The notes beneath the pieces were generated by a model. The model saw only the letters and a list, made by a program, of their open reading frames with translations. It did no database searches and was not told the origin of the DNA. The translations under genes and the position numbers were made by a program. From IMG/VR virus record IMGVR_UViG_3300022552_000006: a stretch of DNA of 20,000 bases; one strand, given 5' to 3'. Origin of the DNA: an uncultured virus (IMG/VR IMGVR_UViG_3300022552_000006). Lineage: Duplodnaviria > Heunggongvirae > Uroviricota > Caudoviricetes. Shown here one piece after another: positions 15,820 through 20,000 of this stretch. Numbering within the stretch: the stretch's first letter is position 1; every line of letters begins with the position of its first letter.

Positions 15820-18190
15820 ATTGAGAGTTATAATAGAGTTCATTACAGAAAACTTGGCAGCTGTTAGCAAGGCTGGTTTGGAACTAAGAAAAATACGAGA
15901 AGCTTCAAGAGCCTTGGGTATAAGCTGGACTCGCACTGGTAGCGCAATAAAGAAAGGCACCAAAGGTTTTATTGATCCAATTGAAGCGAGCTCTCAAGTA
16001 TTGGAGCGACAAGCTGCATTTGGCGTAGTTGCCAACGATGTTATGAAAGGTTTGCAAGAAAATGCACAAGCATTTGGAGTAACTTTTGCTAGTACAGGAA
16101 AGATAATTGACCAGCAAACAGGCAGGTTTACATCTCTTTATGGAGCGGTCAGAAAAGCTCAAGAAGCATATCCGCCATTCACATCCAAACAAGAGGCAGT
16201 TCAGCATTTTACATCTGCATTACGAATAACGCAAGACCAGCTTATGGAAAAACTGAAATTAGCCAATTTGACCATAAAAGAGAATGGGGAAATATGGGAT
16301 AACATAAGGCATAGTCAAATGAGTGTTAGGGAAGCCACAAAAATACTATCGCGTACATTCAGGCATTTTCAGATGCAATTGCTATCTGTGATGTTCTTTG
16401 GCATGAACATAAACAAGATGTTTATGGGATGGCTTAAGCCTGCAATGGAAGCTTATGGTATATTTGACCTTTGGAATGACATGTTGCTTGTCACGATGTT
16501 GCCTGTAATGGATGACCTTTCTGATACGCTTTATAATGTTATGTTTGCAATTATGGACTTGCCCGAACCTGTGCAGAGAGCAATTGGCTGGCTTACTGTC
16601 ATGGGTGCAGTCGGCGGCAAGTTGCTTTATTCATTCGGTGTAATTGGTCTTGGCATTAATGGATTAGTTCAAGCATTTCCAATTTTAGGTAAATTAGCAA
16701 CAAAGTTGTCAGTGCTTGGAACTGGATCAGTAGAAGCAGCTGCAACTTATAATGCTTCAGTAACAGGTATGGCGGAAAGCACTGTAGGAGCGTCTACAAT
16801 TTCGATTACTTCTATTGCTAGTTTGGTTTCTTTTATCGCTACAGCGGCTTTATTAATATATTCTGCATGGAAAGAAATGGGAAATGTAATGACAATAAAT
16901 AACAAAATAGCTCTTGATAAACAGAAAAAAGACTGGGATTCTTACAGAACGCATACATTAATGCGTTCGATTGAAATGCAAAATATGGTTCCACGTATTA
17001 TACAAAGAATGCTATACACCGTGGGCAGTATTGTGCATCAAGTAGGTACTATGCTTGCGATGGGATTTGAAGATTTAATTACTCTTGTGGCACATGGCTA
17101 TAATTTTATAGCTCGATTTGCTATAGGTCAGCTTATAGGTGCGTTTAAGCAACTTTTCTCATGGCTTAAGAACCTTCCAGGAACAGCAGGCGAATTTTTC
17201 GGAGACCTTTTAAATAAGATGGATATATTTGAGGCAAATCTTGCTACAACAATGACTAAATGGGATGAAGACATTGAAAAGGCACATGCTGATAGAATGA
17301 CACGAATTGTTCAAAATTCAACAAATGCTGCAACAGATGCAGCACGAAGATTTGAACAAGACATGGCAGAAGCCACAAAAGAAACCATCAAAAATATGAT
17401 AAAAATGAAAATTCCAGTAAAGGATATTGTAGATGTTTATGGTGACCAGAAAGCAGCTATGGATGTTATGTGGGAAGCTGCGAGAAGCGGCGAAATATCA
17501 ATGAAAGAATTAAATGATGCTGTGTGGGAACATAACAAAGACCTTCAGCAGGCGGCTATAAGCACCGGAAATTTTGGAATGAGCGTTGACGAACTCAAAA
17601 ACAAAATTAGTGCAGATTACAACAGTATCCTGAATGATGCAAAGACTACATTCCCAGCTATCAGCTCAATAGGAATAACTTCTGTTGATGATGTCAACAA
17701 GGCATTTGACGAGATGAGCAATAATTATAAGACAAATTCCACTACAATATTGCAGACTGCAAATACCGATTCAAGTCAAACATCTTCCGCATGGGAAGAT
17801 GCCATGAATGAAATGAAAGAAACAACAAATACTACGGTAACCGCGATTAATAAAACACTTGATAAAATCAAGCGCGAAATTCACACTTACCACTATCTCC
17901 ATAAAATTACAACTTATGGATATATATCAAAAGGCGGTGGAGTCTCATCCAAATATGTTGCATTCCAAGAAGGAGGCATAGTCTTAAGACCAACTTTAGG
18001 GCTTCTTGGAGAAGCAGGACCTGAAGCAGTTATACCATTGAATAAGGCAAGAAGTAGCATGCCTACAGTTATAAATTATAATCCGACAATAAATATATCA
18101 GCTGAAATCTCGAATGAGGTTGATATTGACAGGCTGATGAATAGAATAGACGACCATATCGTTGGAAAATTAAGGCAGATGGTGAGTTAA
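15803..18190 (+). CDS. Tail tape measure protein
   Basis: About 795 aa, helical and Ala-rich with central hydrophobic segments. C-terminal TMP motif 'FQEGGIVLRPTLGLLGEAGPEAVIPLN'. ATG 15803 follows GGAG; alternative GTG start at 15788. Confidence 0.9.
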   Translation: MVETSKLRVIIEFITENLAAVSKAGLELRKIREASRALGISWTRTGSAIKKGTKGFIDPIEASSQVLERQAAFGVVANDVMKGLQENAQAFGVTFASTGKIIDQQTGRFTSLYGAVRKAQEAYPPFTSKQEAVQHFTSALRITQDQLMEKLKLANLTIKENGEIWDNIRHSQMSVREATKILSRTFRHFQMQLLSVMFFGMNINKMFMGWLKPAMEAYGIFDLWNDMLLVTMLPVMDDLSDTLYNVMFAIMDLPEPVQRAIGWLTVMGAVGGKLLYSFGVIGLGINGLVQAFPILGKLATKLSVLGTGSVEAAATYNASVTGMAESTVGASTISITSIASLVSFIATAALLIYSAWKEMGNVMTINNKIALDKQKKDWDSYRTHTLMRSIEMQNMVPRIIQRMLYTVGSIVHQVGTMLAMGFEDLITLVAHGYNFIARFAIGQLIGAFKQLFSWLKNLPGTAGEFFGDLLNKMDIFEANLATTMTKWDEDIEKAHADRMTRIVQNSTNAATDAARRFEQDMAEATKETIKNMIKMKIPVKDIVDVYGDQKAAMDVMWEAARSGEISMKELNDAVWEHNKDLQQAAISTGNFGMSVDELKNKISADYNSILNDAKTTFPAISSIGITSVDDVNKAFDEMSNNYKTNSTTILQTANTDSSQTSSAWEDAMNEMKETTNTTVTAINKTLDKIKREIHTYHYLHKITTYGYISKGGGVSSKYVAFQEGGIVLRPTLGLLGEAGPEAVIPLNKARSSMPTVINYNPTINISAEISNEVDIDRLMNRIDDHIVGKLRQMVS

Positions 18191-18606
18191 TGACAAATAA
18201 TGTAACAATTACTAAAAGCGGGGTGGGAACAGTTTATATTTTTACCCAGAGCATTGAAGAGCTTATTACAAAAAAGCCACGATATATCCGGGTTCCGCGT
18301 TCCTACCAAAAATGGGATCAAGGCCCTAAAACAATGGTTATCGACACGCTTGTTGTGACGCATAATTTTGTAATAAACGGGGAAATAACTCGAGCTGAAG
18401 GAGACACTGCACAACAGCAAAGAGATAAGCTCAGAACTATAGCCGAACAGAAAGGCGGGACTGTTACCTTGAATTATGACGGCACAGACTACGAAGTTTT
18501 CATTGACAAATGTTCAATAAAGGAAGAAAGCCATGATGAAGATACGCCAGATTCCTATAGCGTTATATTGAATGTAACCGAAGCGGAGCAAAGAGGTGGA
18601 AGCTAA
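18190..18606 (+). CDS. Putative distal tail (Dit-like) protein
   Basis: 138 aa immediately after the TMP gene (TAATG overlap). Beta-helix-beta pattern of minimal Dit proteins. Call rests mainly on synteny. Confidence 0.55.
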   Translation: MTNNVTITKSGVGTVYIFTQSIEELITKKPRYIRVPRSYQKWDQGPKTMVIDTLVVTHNFVINGEITRAEGDTAQQQRDKLRTIAEQKGGTVTLNYDGTDYEVFIDKCSIKEESHDEDTPDSYSVILNVTEAEQRGGS

Positions 18607-20000
18607 TGGTAGACAAAAAAACAATTGGACTGCTAATTGTAATGATATTGCTTAGTGGCGCAGTTTACATAACTCTTTCTGGACAGGGCGTTAAGATAAG
18701 AGTTGACAAAGATAAAGCCACATTTTATGTTTTTGATGATAACATTCACAGATGGGTTGTTGGCGGCAGGGAATACAACAAGCTGTTTGATGGTTCCAGT
18801 CTTATGCACCGCAACCTGAGCAGCATCTATATTAATGTTACAAATACGAGCGATACGGTTACAATAACTCGCTTTACAAAGTATATTCGCGGTCCCATAA
18901 TCATTGACACTTGGTTTTTTAACGGCAAAATAAGCGATAAAAAGCTCTTTCCTATCTATCATAAGATTCAAGTAATTAATGGTTCTAGACTGTTTTACAG
19001 GTATGAAGCACGCGACCTTGACTATTCTGGGCAGACACACAAGCTTAATGGCGAGACGCATCTTGACTTTGGTAAGCATATTACAGTAAATTTACAGAAA
19101 GGTTATCGCTGGGCATGGGTTTACAAATCTGGCATTGTTAAGGCGCAGTATGACATAGACAGCGATAATAAAACTTTTTACATAAGGTTGTTTGATCCAA
19201 CTTGGATTATAGATAATAATAAAGTTTATGTAAATGATTACAATGTTTACTCATCAGTAGAACCACACACGCTTCATAGCCCCGGATGGATATACTGGGA
19301 TTTCAAGTCAAAGGTTTACAGTGGAAATGTTGACATGCTGTGGGGATTTAACACAACACTGGGAGTAAGACCTGTAAAAGCAGAGCTTAAATATCCGCAC
19401 AATGTGTCTTGGAACACTACGCACTCGAAAGTTTTTTACAATGTTAGTTTCTCTCCCACTACAGATAGTTGCGACTACGGTTATGAATACAACACGCACA
19501 AGTATTTGATAACTTACACTGAGCCATTTTATAATGCTGCAAATTCTACTGATTGGAACTCTACAAGTGCTGTCGTTTGCTTCGACCTTTATGAGGATTT
19601 GGGCAACAGCGACTACCGTGCGATATGGCACCAGGAACACACGAAGACTGTGAACTGGCTCGATGTGTCTAATAGGTTCAATTCAATTGACTACGAATTT
19701 GGTGGCATGAACAAGTGGTATTACGTCACGAACATCCCTATACAAAAAAATGTCCAATACACTATGAGGGCTTACGTGAAAGTTCCCGTTTCGCTTGAGC
19801 CGTCTTCTGGAAAATACTGGGTTGCGTTTAAGCCAAGCTCGGAGAGTTTGCATCAAGCCATTCAAAATGGGCATCTATATTACTTAGACCCATGGTGGAA
19901 CACATCTTTTAGTTATAGAAGAAGAATAAACATAACAAATTCTGATATTTATAATTATAATAATGTTTCTGTAGTTTTTTGGTTTAATCATGATGGAAAA
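18606..20000 (+). CDS. Membrane-anchored/secreted protein, 3'-truncated, entering a DUF2341-like domain (not in the supplied ORF track)
   Basis: Manual translation is open for 465 codons to the window end: MVDKKTIGLLIVMILLSGAVYITLSG... About 14 N-x-S/T sequons. Near the end '...LDPWWNTSFSYRRRINITN', the WWN..YR..I.I pattern that precedes DUF2341. TAATG overlap and GAGGTGG RBS. Confidence 0.8.
   Translation, partial: MVDKKTIGLLIVMILLSGAVYITLSGQGVKIRVDKDKATFYVFDDNIHRWVVGGREYNKLFDGSSLMHRNLSSIYINVTNTSDTVTITRFTKYIRGPIIIDTWFFNGKISDKKLFPIYHKIQVINGSRLFYRYEARDLDYSGQTHKLNGETHLDFGKHITVNLQKGYRWAWVYKSGIVKAQYDIDSDNKTFYIRLFDPTWIIDNNKVYVNDYNVYSSVEPHTLHSPGWIYWDFKSKVYSGNVDMLWGFNTTLGVRPVKAELKYPHNVSWNTTHSKVFYNVSFSPTTDSCDYGYEYNTHKYLITYTEPFYNAANSTDWNSTSAVVCFDLYEDLGNSDYRAIWHQEHTKTVNWLDVSNRFNSIDYEFGGMNKWYYVTNIPIQKNVQYTMRAYVKVPVSLEPSSGKYWVAFKPSSESLHQAIQNGHLYYLDPWWNTSFSYRRRINITNSDIYNYNNVSVVFWFNHDGK

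Larger units (their letters stand above)
1..20000 (+). mobile_element. Morphogenesis module of a siphovirus-like head-tailed virus/provirus, probably archaeal
   Basis: Canonical order capsid, adaptor, closure, terminator, tube, chaperones, TMP, Dit. All genes on one strand with coupled stops and starts. No sheath gene is visible. Confidence 0.9.

Noticed and set aside
1257..19874. All minus-strand ORFs in the track (e.g. 12716..13414, 18633..19079, 19308..19640)
   Set aside because: They lie antisense to well-supported + strand genes, have no recognisable motifs, and are best explained as shadow ORFs.

Overview
The window is one continuous, tightly packed + strand morphogenesis operon of a head-tailed (Caudoviricetes, siphovirus-like) virus or provirus. 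The host is probably an archaeon, judging by recurrent GGTGA/GAGGTG ribosome-binding sites, secreted proteins dense in N-x-S/T sequons, and domains I recall from DPANN/Aenigmarchaeota-type surface proteins. Gene order: scaffold C-terminus, major capsid protein, a structured intergenic region, small head accessory genes, a collar/fibre-like protein, a 1697-aa membrane-anchored mosaic adhesin, a 29-repeat protein, head-tail adaptor, head closure, tail terminator, gp10-like protein, two paralogous tail tube proteins, a GT2 glycosyltransferase, an RHH-like protein, tail chaperones, tape measure, a Dit-like protein, and a second membrane-anchored protein running off the window. Most unusual are (1) two apparently secreted, glycosylation-prone, TM-anchored proteins wired into the virion operon, both with D-P-x-W domain junctions, (2) a repeat motif shared by three different structural proteins, (3) duplicated tail tube genes next to a glycosyltransferase, and (4) two structured intergenic elements. 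All product calls come from motif recognition and synteny; no database searches were run.
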